DNA of 64,000 nucleotides from Bacillota bacterium (GTDB lineage Bacteria > Bacillota > Sulfobacillia > Fermentithermobacillales > Fermentithermobacillaceae), in NCBI GenBank assembly GCA_040766225.1, contig JAXGQX010000002.1, forward strand, positions 90,243 through 154,242, read 5' to 3'. The notes beneath the pieces were generated by a model. The model was not told the origin of the DNA and made no database searches. It saw only the letters and a program-made list of their open reading frames with translations. Below, piece by piece: positions 51,392 to 62,964 of this stretch. Both the position numbers and the translations under genes were made by a program. Numbering within the stretch: the first letter of the stretch is position 1; every line of letters begins with the position of its first letter.

Positions 51392-52631
51392 CCATCTTGG
51401 ACTTGAGATGTTGCCATAGAGTGACCAGGGCCATTTGGGCCGCCCGCTCCTTTATGGATTTTCTAGCGCCGCCCAACTGGTGTTTATCGATGACCACGCC
51501 TCCGGCATGTGCCAAGGCGACATATACGGTTCCGACCGGAGCGTTTTCGGTACCCCCTCCCGGACCCGCAAAACCCGTTGTGGCGAGACCTATCTTTGCG
51601 CCGGATAAATCACGCGCGGAAAGGGCCATGGCTTTGGCGACCTCGGGGTTCACCGCCTGGTCGCATGAGAGATGCTCTTGGGGCACTCCCAAAGTCGAGT
51701 GTTTAACCGCGGGGCTGTAGGCGACCATGCCCATTTTGAGATGAGCTGCTATTCCCGGGACATCAGTGAGGCGATGGCATATGAGTCCACCTGTGACGGA
51801 TTCGGCTACCGCCAAAGTCAGTCCCGTCTTTTTCAGAAGGTCCGCGCATACCGCCTCGAGGGTGTCGCCCGTTGTGCCGTAAATGTATCCATCCAGGCGC
51901 GTCCGCACCTTCTGTTCCATGGAAAGAACCATAGCTTCCGATTCCTTCTGGTCATGGCCCCGTGCGGCTATCCTGAGCCGCACTTCCCCCAACCCGGCAT
52001 AAGGAGCCAGAGACGGGTTAACGCTCTCCATAAGGTCGCCTACTGTTTCCTGGACTTGCCCTTCCCCGATTCCGACCAGATGCAGGTCTTTGCATGTGAG
52101 GGGAACGAGGGACGGGAAAGACTCTCTGATGAGGGGCATGACGTAGTCCTCGAACATGGGCACCATTTCCCGGGGCGGTCCGGGCAGCAAGGCAGCCAGC
52201 TTTCCGTCGGCGAAAATGGCCTGCCCCGGAGCCGTGCCGTTTGAGTTCCACAAGTACCTGCCGCCGTCAATTATCATGGCTTGCTTTCGGTCGGTCTGCC
52301 GGGCTTCCCGCCCACGCTTCTTGAACCAGGACGCGGTCATATCCCACGCTTCTTGGCAAAAAGTGAGCTCCCGGTCCATGGCCTCAGCGAGGCACTTGGC
52401 TGTCAGATCGTCTGCCGTGGGCCCAAGCCCGCCCGTGGCGATAACGATGTCGGCGCGTCCCAGAGCCTCTCGAAAAGAGGCGGTGAGCCGCGCCGGATTA
52501 TCTCCTATGGTTACTCGCCGGTACACGTCCACTCCGGCGTCTCTCAATCTTCCTGAAAGGTACTGAGCGTTGGTATCGGTTATTTCGCCCAACAGAAGCT
52601 CAGTGCCAACCGACAACACTTCAGCCTGCAC
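51369..52631 (-). CDS. cinA: Competence/damage-inducible protein A
   Basis: SVGTELLLG..DTN, GGLGPT.DD, LPGPP.EM, AESVTGG. Confidence 0.95.
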   Translation of the reverse strand: MQAEVLSVGTELLLGEITDTNAQYLSGRLRDAGVDVYRRVTIGDNPARLTASFREALGRADIVIATGGLGPTADDLTAKCLAEAMDRELTFCQEAWDMTASWFKKRGREARQTDRKQAMIIDGGRYLWNSNGTAPGQAIFADGKLAALLPGPPREMVPMFEDYVMPLIRESFPSLVPLTCKDLHLVGIGEGQVQETVGDLMESVNPSLAPYAGLGEVRLRIAARGHDQKESEAMVLSMEQKVRTRLDGYIYGTTGDTLEAVCADLLKKTGLTLAVAESVTGGLICHRLTDVPGIAAHLKMGMVAYSPAVKHSTLGVPQEHLSCDQAVNPEVAKAMALSARDLSGAKIGLATTGFAGPGGGTENAPVGTVYVALAHAGGVVIDKHQLGGARKSIKERAAQMALVTLWQHLKSKMGERARGD

Positions 52632-52648
52632 CCTAACACCTCCGAAGG

Positions 52649-54182
52649 TTATGCTTCGACCCGGCTCCGGAGTTTTCCTCTGTTAGAGGGCACTTTCCGC
52701 CATCTCCAGGCGACTCCTTGGGAGGTTCCCAGAAGAGACCGCAGTTGGTCTCCGCTTATGGTCTCCTTGGCCACCAAGTCCGAGGCTACCTGGCGAAGCA
52801 CCTTCTCGTAACGTCTCAATACCGGGAGAGTCCTGCTCTCCGCCGCTTTCAAGATCTCCCTCGTGGCCTTCGCCAAGAGGTCGGGACCGGCGGTATCGCG
52901 GTCAACCACTCCCAAAGGAGACATGCCGTAGGATACGATGCGTTTTGCCATCTCCAAGGCTCTCTGAAAGTCGTTGGACGCCCCGGTGCTCCTGGAGCCC
53001 AAGACCACGTCTTCAGCCAGCGCCCCCGCCAGAAGGATGTCGATTTCCTCCTCTAGGGTCTCCCTCGGGTAGATGTACATATCATCTTTGGGCGAATGCC
53101 TGACGTAACCTAGGGCGTTGCCCCTGGGCGAGACGGTGACCTGTGCCACCGAACCGGGCCTCAGTTTTTCCGCCACGATAGCGTGCCCGGCTTCGTGAAC
53201 GGATACCCTGTTAATCTCCACGTCAGAAGGCCGTCTGTCCAGTTTTTCGCCCATGATGACCTTGACCAACGCTTCCTGCAACTCTTGAGGCCCGACCCTA
53301 TGGGGCGTTTCCTAAGAGTCAAGATAGCGGCCTCGTTGCACAGACTCTCAGGTGAGCGCCTGAAAGGCCGAAGGTCTCCTTTGCCAATTGCTCTAGGTCC
53401 ACGGACTTGTCCAAAGGTTTGTTCCTAAGGTGCATCTTCAGGATTTCCAATCGCCCCTCTTTATCGGGCAAGTCCACTTTGACCATGCGGTCGAACCTTC
53501 CCGGTCGCTGGATAGCATGGTCCAGGAGGTCGGGCCGGTTCGTGCTCCGACCACGGGGATCATACATCGTCGTCCATCCTCAGACCGTCCATCTCCACCA
53601 GGAGTTGGTTCAATGTCTGGTCATATTCCAAGGTGCCCCATCTGCGCGCCCCGTTTTCCGGCAAGGACCTCGATCTCGTCGATGAAAATGATGGCACCCG
53701 CCGCTTCTTCCTCTCGCGGGCAAAGCTGCGCCCTCTGGGGCGACAATTCGCGGACTCTCTGGGCGCCCAGGCCTCGTATACCTCGGTGAACTCAGAGCCG
53801 AAGCGGACAGGAAGACCGAATCCGTGTAGTTGGCGGCGGCTTTGGCCAAGAGCGTCTTGCCCGTGCCCGGAGGGCCGCTTAGGAGAATGCCCTTTATGGG
53901 CCTGATCCCCAGTTCTTTGGCGTATCGCAGGTCCTTTAGGAACTCTAGCGCTTCGACCAGTTCCCGCTTGGCTGGCTTTGTCCGCCCACATCGCCAAAGG
54001 TAACGTCGGGGCGGTCGCCAAAACCGCGCCGGCTTTCCTTCGACCAAAGTCACGAAGCCTCCCTGAGTCATCAGGAAGTACAGGAGTCCCCCCAGAAGAA
54101 GGGCCGGAAAGGTGTTCACGCCACGCATGAAAAGGAAAACCAGGCTTCCTGCCAGAAAGCCCACGATGTACTCAAGTTTCAT
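52649..54182 (-). CDS. Short FtsH-like AAA Zn metalloprotease (several apparent frameshifts)
   Basis: [37 protein letters not shown] zinc motif, GASNDF across frames. Confidence 0.85.
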
Positions 54183-54721
54183 GGCGCGCCTCCTTCTGTC
54201 GTAGGTCCGGTCCGGGATAGAACCGCGTAGAGATAGCCCTCCCCATCGGTCATCTGCACATAGATGTGTTTTTCATCCAGCACGATCTTGAAATTCGGAA
54301 GCCCTTTCTCTAGGAGCTTAGCCTGGCATGACTCGATCATGTCCCCGAAGTTTCCCCTCACCGAGGCCTCTTCGAGGTAGTAATGGATTGAAAGGTAGAG
54401 GTCTTCCAGCCTCTCGTTCCTTCCGTCTTTCACCACAATGCGATAGTTCTCTCCAAGGCGCTGCCGGACAGTCTTGTCCACCGCAGCGTAGGACGCGGAG
54501 AAGTCTTGTACCTGGTCGAACTCGATTTCAAGCACTGTGACCCCCTTGTCCTTCTTTGCCGTGACGTTCTTGACCGCGTTATCCGACATGAGCACTCGCT
54601 CAAGCGGGTCCTTCACTCCGACCTTGTCGTACAGGGTGTAGCCCAAGCTCAGGATGACCAGGGTCAAGACTGCCGACAGAGCCACAAACTCCCATCTGAA
54701 GCCCTTCTTGGCCATGAGCAT
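54179..54721 (-). CDS. Hypothetical membrane-anchored protein overlapping the FtsH-like gene
   Basis: Single N-terminal TM; ATGA overlap with the next gene. Confidence 0.75.
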   Translation of the reverse strand: MLMAKKGFRWEFVALSAVLTLVILSLGYTLYDKVGVKDPLERVLMSDNAVKNVTAKKDKGVTVLEIEFDQVQDFSASYAAVDKTVRQRLGENYRIVVKDGRNERLEDLYLSIHYYLEEASVRGNFGDMIESCQAKLLEKGLPNFKIVLDEKHIYVQMTDGEGYLYAVLSRTGPTTEGGAP

Positions 54722-54850
54722 TCCTCTTCCCAAGTGTTTGATTTCACTTACAAGTTGACATAAGTATAGCAAGACCGAGAGGGCACTTCTAAGGTAATGA
54801 GTGGCAGGGTTGGTGAGTAATTGAGTCTCTAGCAGGCGTTTCGCGAGGCG

Positions 54851-56191
54851 CTAGCCGGCGGTCCGGGCGGATCCGAACACATCCAGTACCGCGGCTTGGG
54901 TGACCTCCACGGGCACTATCTGACCCTTGTCGGGAGATAGACCTCCTACCTTTACATAGGTCTTCCCGTCGACTTCGGGAGCTTGATGAGGCCCCCTCCC
55001 TAACCAAAAGCCTTTCCTACTTGACGGTTCGGCGAGGAGGACGGGGATGGTCGTGCCAATCATGGAGCGACTCTTTTCCTTTGCCAGGTGGAGCCCGTAT
55101 CGTCGTACACGCTCGGCCCTCTCCCGCGCTACCTCCTGGGGGACCAGCTCCGGCAAGGAGTATGCCGGTGTGCCTTCTTCCCTGGAATACGCGAAGGCTC
55201 CCACCCTATGGGCGCCCACTTCTGACAGGAAGTCGAGCGTTTCTTGGAGGTCCTTTTCCGTCTCTCCCGGGAACCCGGCGATAACTGTCGTGCGCAAATG
55301 GAGACCGGGGACGCTTTGCCTAAGAAGCCCCACGGCTTTTTGGATCTCTTTAACGCCCGGGCGACCCATTAGACGCAGGATCCTGTCCGAACCATGCTCG
55401 ATGGGAAGGTCCACGTATGGGACTATCTTTGTCTCCGCCATGGCTTGGGCCAGTTCGGGAGTCACCCCGTCGGGTCTTAAGTACAGGAGGCGTATCCAGG
55501 AGACTTCTTCGATTTTGGCGAGATTGGAAAGCAGACGGGCCAAGTGGCGTTCCTTATCCCAGTCGTACCCGTAATCGCTTAGGTCTTCGGCGATGAGGTT
55601 CAGCTCTCGCACTCCCGAAGACGATAGGAGGCGCGCCTCGGCCACCACTTCATCCACCGGGCGGGAAGCCAAAGGCCCTCTGATTCCCGGGATGGCGCAG
55701 TAAGTGCACCGGTGGCGACACCCTTCGCTTACTCGAAGGTAACTCCAGGGAAGGCCTGCGTCTCTTAGCCTAAGGCCGTCTCCGCCGGGAGCCCCCCGCC
55801 CCGGAGTCCCGACCGCGTTCACTTTTTCTCCGGACAAGGCGATCTTCACCAGGTTGACTATATCCTTGGGAGAGGATGTGCCCGCGACGCCGCTTATCTC
55901 CGGGATTTCCTCCATGAGTTCCTCTGAGTAACGCTGTGAGAGACATCCCGTGACCAATACTTGCGGACCGCGACCTTCTTCGGCCAACCGGCAGGCCATA
56001 AGGACGCCCTCAATGGACTCTTTCTTGGCGTCTTGGATGAACCCGCAGGTATGGACGATGGCGATGTCGGCTGAAGACGGGTCGGGAATGACCTCATAGC
56101 CCTCTTCCCGGAGCCTTACCGCCATCTCTTCCGCGTCCAGCTGGTTCTTGGCGCAGCCGTATACGATTATGGAGCACTTTGCCTTGGCCAT
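54851..56191 (-). CDS. rimO: Ribosomal protein S12 methylthiotransferase
   Basis: GCAKNQLDAE, HTCGFI.DAKKESI, GCRHRCTYC, APEVDG. Confidence 0.93.
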   Translation of the reverse strand: MAKAKCSIIVYGCAKNQLDAEEMAVRLREEGYEVIPDPSSADIAIVHTCGFIQDAKKESIEGVLMACRLAEEGRGPQVLVTGCLSQRYSEELMEEIPEISGVAGTSSPKDIVNLVKIALSGEKVNAVGTPGRGAPGGDGLRLRDAGLPWSYLRVSEGCRHRCTYCAIPGIRGPLASRPVDEVVAEARLLSSSGVRELNLIAEDLSDYGYDWDKERHLARLLSNLAKIEEVSWIRLLYLRPDGVTPELAQAMAETKIVPYVDLPIEHGSDRILRLMGRPGVKEIQKAVGLLRQSVPGLHLRTTVIAGFPGETEKDLQETLDFLSEVGAHRVGAFAYSREEGTPAYSLPELVPQEVARERAERVRRYGLHLAKEKSRSMIGTTIPVLLAEPSSRKGFWLGRGPHQAPEVDGKTYVKVGGLSPDKGQIVPVEVTQAAVLDVFGSARTAG

Positions 56192-56203
56192 AACGCAACT
56201 ATC

Positions 56204-56482
56204 TTAGCACTTGGTAGTCGGCCTAACAACGATAGACCGGGCCACCTCCCTGGAAATTGCCACTTTGCTTCCCATGCAACGGAGGATGATGGGACCGGCG
56301 GGACCTGCGCTTCCGATCTTCTGGATAACCTCTCCGGGCAGAAGTCCGAGCTCTTCCAGGTGTGCGGATGTATCTCTCCAGGTGTCAGGGTCCACTCTTG
56401 CCGGATGAATTACCGTGAGCACGATGCACCGGCTTCCCCGGGGAACTGTGGAAACGGTAGCTATCAGGGGACGCGGTCTCAA
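56204..56482 (-). CDS. feoA: FeoA-family protein
   Basis: HLEELGLLPG..GPIIL...SKVAISR.VA.SI.V SH3-like pattern. Confidence 0.8.
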   Translation of the reverse strand: MRPRPLIATVSTVPRGSRCIVLTVIHPARVDPDTWRDTSAHLEELGLLPGEVIQKIGSAGPAGPIILRCMGSKVAISREVARSIVVRPTTKC

Positions 56483-56495
56483 AGTTTCCGCCTCC

Positions 56496-58200
56496 TCACA
56501 GCGGCAAAACGACGTTCAGGATCATTCCCCACCCCATGAAGAGAACCAAGGATGTGAGAAAGGTCAGGGCCAAAAACCCCGGCCCGTGCTCCTTCCAAAG
56601 AACGACTGCCGAAGGCAAACAAGGGAACCCCAAAGCTACCATGGATACGGCGATCGCGGCTTCCCTGGGATTGAGAGATTGTTGCATCAGGAAAAGGGGA
56701 GCCAAGTATCGCTGGAACATGGTCAGGAGGACGCTCCAAAAAGCCCCGGGGGGAATTCCCAGGTAGCTGCGGGAAAACCGCGCGACTATGGGCGCGTCGA
56801 CGAATGTCCCGCCCATCATGAGGACCCTTACGACTGAGTTAACCAACACGAGCAAGGGCAAGGCGTGGGAGAAAAACCCCGAAAGCCTCGCGTTGGTCTT
56901 CATGGCCACGTTTCTGAACGAAGGCATCCTAAGAGGCGGTAGTTCGAGAACCAGAGGTTCCCTCCGCCCGGCAGGGAAAAGTCTAGCCGCCCACCCCACG
57001 GCCAAGGCGGAGATGGCGATTAAGAGCCCGGGAATCGCAAAGGACGCGCCGAACTTGGCCAGCGCGGCCAAGGACAGAGATATGGTCGAGACGCACGGGA
57101 CGCATGTTGCGATGATGAGGGAAGCGTTCCGCCTGGATCGCTCTCGGGGCAGGATTCTAGCGGACATTATTGCGGGAACCCTACAACCGAATGCCAGCGT
57201 GATGGGTATGAGCGATTGCCCGGGCAGGTTCAACGCCCCGGTCACGACATCGCTTAGGGCGGCGAGTCTCCCCAGAAGGCCCGAGTCCTCCAGTACGGCC
57301 ATAAGGGAATAGGCCAGGACCATTGCCGGCAACACGGTGGCCATTGGCAAGATGAACCCTTCCGGGATGGCTTCAGAGAGGGCTTCGGCAATGGGTCCCC
57401 CGGGTAGGACTACCTTTAGGAAACTCACAGTCTGGACTCGCAGGGGATCTACCGGATCAGCCTGACGGTGGATTCGGCGAAGGAGGGCAAGAAGCCCAAG
57501 ACACAAATCTCGTGCCCATAGCAGGCCCAACAGTCCCAGCCGGGAGACGGCTCGCGTGGTCCAGAAGGTTATCAAGAGCCATGGCGGTCGTCAGGCGCCC
57601 TCCGGAAGTCCTTTCCCGTACCGCCTTGCGGGCCACAAGAGACGACCGGATGTGGAGGTCCTGCAGTTGGGTCCCCGGAGCATGCGCGGGGGGACACGCG
57701 GGATAGGGACCTTCGCCCCATTTGCGAGACCCGGCGCTCTTTATGGCACGAAGCAGGGACTCTATGCCTTCTCCCTAACGGCCGAAGTCATTACCGCCTC
57801 CGCGCCGACCTCTTGTCCCAGGACGTCCGGTTGGATCTGGACACCTAGGCTCTCCAGGCGGTCCGACTGGTTCACGGCTAACACAAGCGGGACCCCCAGG
57901 TCCCTCAAAGACAAAGTAAGCGGCAAATGCCTTCGCAGATTGGTACCGTCCACGACATTGACGATGACGTCCGGACGTTCTTTGGAGATGACGTCCCTGG
58001 TAACCTGCTGTTCTTTGCTTAGGGCGCGAAACGAGTAGATACCCGGAGTGTCCAAAACGGTGATATCGGTGCCGGGTATCTTTCCCGAGGTCACTTCGAC
58101 TGTGGTTCGGGGTAATTGGACGTAGAAACCTTGGCCCCGGTGAGGCAGCCCAGATCGCGCTCTTTCCGGAATTGGGCTGCCCGACCAGAACCACCAACAT
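56496..58200 (-). CDS. feoB: FeoB-family transporter (apparent frameshifts in the 5' half)
   Basis: GQPNSGKS, DTPG, VNVVDGT, NQSD; LEDSGLLGRLA, FGCRVPA, C-terminal PC. Confidence 0.8.
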
Positions 58201-58254
58201 GCGTCAGACCCGCCCCTAGAGAAGTGATTTGGCTCTAGGAGGATCTGTATGCGC

Positions 58255-59160
58255 CTAGCGAGTCAAATAGTCTGCGATCCCCTGGGAAATGCCCTTGGCG
58301 ACCTCAGTTGTGAAATAGTTTTGGCGGAGCAGGTTAACGTCGTTCCAATTGGTCATGAATCCGACCTCCACCAACGCCGCAGGCATGTACGTGTGGTTTA
58401 GCACGTAGTACGGGCCTACCTGGGTGTCGATATATCTGAGACCTGTGGCGTTTGCCGTGCGTTTGGCTATCCCCGCCGCCAGTTGTTGCGAACTCCATGA
58501 ACCGCTTCGGTAGAAGCCCATTACTCCCGATACGGTAGGATCGGATGGGTAAGCGTTTATATGTACGCTTACAAAGACGTCCGCGGCGTTGGAGTTGGCT
58601 ATGGAGGCGCGCGCTACGAGTTCGTCCACCCATTGACCCCAATCCGAACCTGGGCTGTAGTCGCCGTACCGGGTCAAGATGACCGACGCTCCCTGGCTCT
58701 CCAGGTTGTACCGTACCTTGGAGGCGATGGACAAAGTGAAGTTCTTCTCTTTGTCTCCCCAAGGAGACAGCGCACCGGGTTCCTGGCCGCCGTGGCCGGG
58801 GTCAAGGACTACGGTCTTGCCTCGAAGCGGCCCGGACGACCGCGAAGAGCCCTGCCATCTTGTGAGGGCGTCTTGGGTAACGGGCCCGCAAACGCCGTCT
58901 ACAGAGATGCCGGCGGCGGTCTGAAATTCCTTTAGAGCGGATAGGGTTTTCGGTCCGAAGACCCCGTCAACCGGGCCGGGGTTGAAACCTGCGTTTTGCA
59001 GCGCTGTCTGGAGTCCCGATACGGCGTCCCCCCGATCGCCTATTCGAAGGAGTGGAGCAGCGTAAGAGCGAATAGGTAGGAGGAACAACGTCAGCAGAAG
59101 GACCATGACATAAAGCGGAAACCGAGACGATCTTGTCCAAGATTTGGAAGGACCTATCAC
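58255..59160 (-). CDS. N-acetylmuramoyl-L-alanine amidase (signal peptide, PG_binding_1, Amidase_3)
   Basis: LQTAL..GFNPGPVDGVFG, LDPGHGG, FVSVHIN, LVEVGF.TN. Confidence 0.92.
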   Translation of the reverse strand: MIGPSKSWTRSSRFPLYVMVLLLTLFLLPIRSYAAPLLRIGDRGDAVSGLQTALQNAGFNPGPVDGVFGPKTLSALKEFQTAAGISVDGVCGPVTQDALTRWQGSSRSSGPLRGKTVVLDPGHGGQEPGALSPWGDKEKNFTLSIASKVRYNLESQGASVILTRYGDYSPGSDWGQWVDELVARASIANSNAADVFVSVHINAYPSDPTVSGVMGFYRSGSWSSQQLAAGIAKRTANATGLRYIDTQVGPYYVLNHTYMPAALVEVGFMTNWNDVNLLRQNYFTTEVAKGISQGIADYLTR

Positions 59161-59366
59161 TATTGGTTTGCACCTTCTTCCTTAACATAAGGTGGTACCG
59201 CTAATGTACTAGAGTCGGGCACAGGAATCACCCCGCTATGCTGGGCTTTAGGGTTTCGCTAAGCGAGATGGGGCGACATTTCCTCCCACAGATCGCGAGG
59301 TTCTCAGTTTTACGGGCCAGTCCCAGGGATCTCCTAATTGCTCTAAGGAGGACAAGATCCGTTACC

Positions 59367-61667
59367 ATGAAGAAAAACGCTAGAGAAGTGGCATCTCTCC
59401 TGCGCCTTGACCCCAGGTTCGTATCGGGAATCACGGCGTGGCATCATATTCCTGCGTCGGAAGGCGACTTTCGGGCCATACCTGACGGAATACACCCGTC
59501 CTTGGTGACGGCCTTGGAAGCTAAAGGGATCAAGCGGCTTTATAGCCACCAGCGAGACGTGTACGACGCTCTTGGATTAGACGGAAGCGTATGCGTGGTC
59601 ACACCTACGGCTTCCGGGAAAACATTGTGCTATAACCTACCGGTACTAGACGCGGTCCTAAAAGACCCCGAAAGCCGCGCCTTGTACATATTTCCAACTA
59701 AAGCTCTGGCTCAAGACCAGCTGGCCGAGATGTCCGAACTGGCGGATAAGGGCAGTTTCACTCTACGCAGTTTCACCTTTGACGGAGATACGCCGTCCCA
59801 AAAAAGGCGCTTGGCAAAGGATGTCGGACAGGTAATCATCACCAATCCCGACATGCTTCATCAGGCGATCCTTCCCCATCACCCGACGTGGGTCAAGCTG
59901 TTTTCGGGATTGAAGTTCGTGGTTATCGACGAAATGCACGGGTATAGGGGCGTCTTCGGGAGTCACGTGGCTAACGTGATCAGGAGGCTCAAACGGATCG
60001 CCGCGTTTTACGGATCAAAGCCCCAGTTCATCTTGGCATCCGCCACCATCGCCAATCCCTCGGAACTGGCTTCAACGCTGATCCAGGAAAAAGTGGAGGT
60101 AGTGCTCAAAAACGGCGCTCCCACATCCGAAAAGGACATCGTCTTCTATAACCCGCCTGCCCTCACCCCTGACGGGTCGGTGAGAGCTTCCGTCATCGAC
60201 ACCGCGGCGAAGCTTGCTTCCCAGTTCATTGCCGCCGGGGTGCAGACCATCGTGTTCGCAAGGTCGAGGGTGTCGGTGGAACTTCTGGTCCAGTACCTTC
60301 GAAACTCCTATAAGGAGAGGATGGAAAAAGACCGGATCCAGGGGTACCGCGGAGGGTACCTGCCCAACGAGCGCCGCGCTATCGAGCGCGGGCTCCGGGA
60401 GGGTAAGGTCCTCGGGGTAGCGGCGACCAACGCTTTGGAACTGGGAATAGACATAGGGAACCTGGAGTGCTCCATTTTGGCGGGATATCCCGGGACTATC
60501 GCCAGCACGTGGCAGCAAGCCGGGAGGGCGGGAAGGCGCGCCGGTGGGGCCGTATCCATATTGGTGGCCGGTGCCGGACCGCTGGATCAGTTCATCGTCA
60601 ACAATCCTGACTACTTCTTCGAGCAAGGCGCCGAATACGGGTTGGCCAATCCCGACAACATGTATATCCTTGGAGAGCACGTCAAGTGCGCTTCGTACGA
60701 ACTGCCTTTCAAGGAAGAACCCGACGGAGCAACGTCCTTCGCCGGAAAGGACGTTACCCCCATCATGGAAAGGCTGAAAGACCAAGGCATTTTGTACCGG
60801 TCTCAAAACAGGTGGAACTGGTCGGCGGACTCCTTCCCCGCGGCGGGAGTGAGCTTACGTTCAGCTTCAGCCGAGAATTTCGTGGTCATCGATACAAGCG
60901 GAGGAGGAAGGCAAGTCATCGGCGAGGTGGACTGGTCTTCTGCGCCTCTTCTCATACACGACGAGGCCATTTACCTTCACGGGGGCCAGCAGTACCACGT
61001 CATGCACTTGGACTATCCGGCGAAGAAGGCCTACGTCAAAAAGGTGAACGTGGACTACTACACCGACGCCAATCTGGCCGTAGGAGTTAAAGTCACTGCC
61101 GTGGACAAAGAAGACCCCGCTTTGTCTTTGAACCCGAGGTTCGGCGAACTCTCGGTAACGGCTTTGGCCACCATCTTCAAGAAGATCAAGCTATACACCA
61201 ACGAAAATGTTGGGGCCGGCGAAATCGCCCTGCCCGAGATGAACATGCATACTCAAGGCACGTGGTTCAGTCTCCCCGAAGAACTGGTGGCGGAGATTGA
61301 CCCCAGGCTAGTCGGGGGAGTCCTATCGGGCCTGGCCAACGTGCTCTTGAACATAGCCCCGCTGTTCCTGATGAGCGACAAACGCGACTTGGGAGTATCC
61401 GTCGAGGTCAGGTCTCCCCTTGATGGGCGTGCCACCGTGTACCTCTACGATTCTTACCCGGGCGGCGTGGGATTGGCAGAGAGGGTATACACTATCCTGC
61501 CCGACCTATTGAACGCCGCGTCGGAGCTGATTGGGTCGTGCGCTTGCCAAGACGGCTGCCCCGGGTGCGTCGGCCCTGCGGGCGAGGCCGGAGAAGGCGC
61601 TAAGGACCTGTGCCTTTCCATACTCAAGAAAGCCGGATTCACAGGTGGTGCGTCGGATAGTGCCTGA
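59367..61667 (+). CDS. yprA: DEAD/DEAH helicase with DUF1998, MrfA/YprA-like
   Basis: PTASGKT, IDEMH, QQAGRAGR, C-terminal CACQDGCPGC; start approximate. Confidence 0.88.
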   Translation: MKKNAREVASLLRLDPRFVSGITAWHHIPASEGDFRAIPDGIHPSLVTALEAKGIKRLYSHQRDVYDALGLDGSVCVVTPTASGKTLCYNLPVLDAVLKDPESRALYIFPTKALAQDQLAEMSELADKGSFTLRSFTFDGDTPSQKRRLAKDVGQVIITNPDMLHQAILPHHPTWVKLFSGLKFVVIDEMHGYRGVFGSHVANVIRRLKRIAAFYGSKPQFILASATIANPSELASTLIQEKVEVVLKNGAPTSEKDIVFYNPPALTPDGSVRASVIDTAAKLASQFIAAGVQTIVFARSRVSVELLVQYLRNSYKERMEKDRIQGYRGGYLPNERRAIERGLREGKVLGVAATNALELGIDIGNLECSILAGYPGTIASTWQQAGRAGRRAGGAVSILVAGAGPLDQFIVNNPDYFFEQGAEYGLANPDNMYILGEHVKCASYELPFKEEPDGATSFAGKDVTPIMERLKDQGILYRSQNRWNWSADSFPAAGVSLRSASAENFVVIDTSGGGRQVIGEVDWSSAPLLIHDEAIYLHGGQQYHVMHLDYPAKKAYVKKVNVDYYTDANLAVGVKVTAVDKEDPALSLNPRFGELSVTALATIFKKIKLYTNENVGAGEIALPEMNMHTQGTWFSLPEELVAEIDPRLVGGVLSGLANVLLNIAPLFLMSDKRDLGVSVEVRSPLDGRATVYLYDSYPGGVGLAERVYTILPDLLNAASELIGSCACQDGCPGCVGPAGEAGEGAKDLCLSILKKAGFTGGASDSA

Positions 61668-62883
61668 CAAAGGTCTCATAGAGCGGTTGCGGGCCATGGT
61701 GAAGGAGATCGAAGAGAGGTACCCGGAACCTTCCTGGAGCCTTCCGGACGCCTTCAAAGATGCTTCGCCTCAACGGGCTGAGACGGTTCTCCACCCCGAA
61801 CCCGCGTCCGTAAAAATGCGAGAGACTCCGGGCTATCGGGAGATCGCAGCGCTGTATAAGACCTGTACGGTTCCTTGGCTGGAGCCCTGCCTCCCCGCTT
61901 CCCTGGAAGGTTTCAGGTCGCTGGAGCCTTGTTTGAAGAGCCTGGACGTTGGCTCTACCTGGACATCGAGACCACAGGGCTCATCGGAGCAACCACTATT
62001 GCTTTCTTGATCGGTCTCGGCGGATGGACAGAAGAAGGTTTCCTGGTCACCCAATACCTCTAACGGACAGAAGCGGCGAAGAGGACCTGCTCCAATCCGG
62101 TCCGAGAAACGCTCTGGATTCCCCACCCCGGTCCTGGTTACCTTCAACGGCAAGACCTTTGACATGCCGGTACTGAACGGCAGGTTCGTGATGGGCGGAT
62201 TGGGCTTCCGGTGGAGCCCCCCTGCCACCTGGACCTCCTAACTCTGGCCCGAAGTATGGGTAAGCGGCCCCAGTACGGGCATAGCCTCAAAGATTCGGTC
62301 AAGCGATTTGCCAAAGTCGCCAGAGAAGGGGACATTGCCGGGAGCCTGATACCGGCACTCTACTTCATCTATGAGCGAGAAAAGGACCTATCCATACTTG
62401 AGCCCGTTCTGAAGCACAACAGGCTTGACGTATTGGACATGGCGTGTCTGGCCAGGATTTTCGGCGCGGTCGTAGCGGCTGCGGACAGCCGCCCTGATGA
62501 TCCTTTGGCGCTCGGAAGCGCCGGGAAGTTTTCACTTTCGTAGAGGTAACCTCGATCTTGCCCGCAAATGCCTGGAGACGGCGTCGACCGAAGGGTGCTG
62601 CGATCTAGACAAGCGGTCGCTCTTGGCCCAAGTCATGAGGCGCCAGGGCGATTGGGAAGGCGCCCGCAAGATCTGGGAAGACTCGGTCCAGTCCGGACTC
62701 TCCACAGTGGAAGACCACCTGTGGCTCGCCCGCTATCACGAGCTTATAGGCCATGACCTCGAGAGGAGCCTAGAAATCGTGGAAAAGGGCATAGCCCGGT
62801 TTGGACCGGATGTGCCCGAATCCCTCCAAAAGCGCCGGTCCCGTCTCCTAAGAAGAATTTCCGCCAGAAGAAAGAGAGCCTGA
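61660..62883 (+). CDS. yprB: RNase H-like DEDDh exonuclease with TPR-like tail, MrfB/YprB-like (apparent frameshifts)
   Basis: YLDIETTGL, LVTFNGKTFD.P, HLDLL, LKHNRLDV across frames; follows yprA. Confidence 0.8.
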
Positions 62884-62964
62884 CCTCCAAGGAAGCCCTT
62901 TTGTTATAGCCTCCTCCCTTTCCTCATAAGTATTTACGACCGTCCAACCATCTCTGAAAGGAGG

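Noticed and set aside
59189-59201. T-box-like AAGGTGGTACCGC
   Set aside because: Lies in a short divergent promoter region with no room for stem I, no terminator and no amino-acid-related gene downstream.
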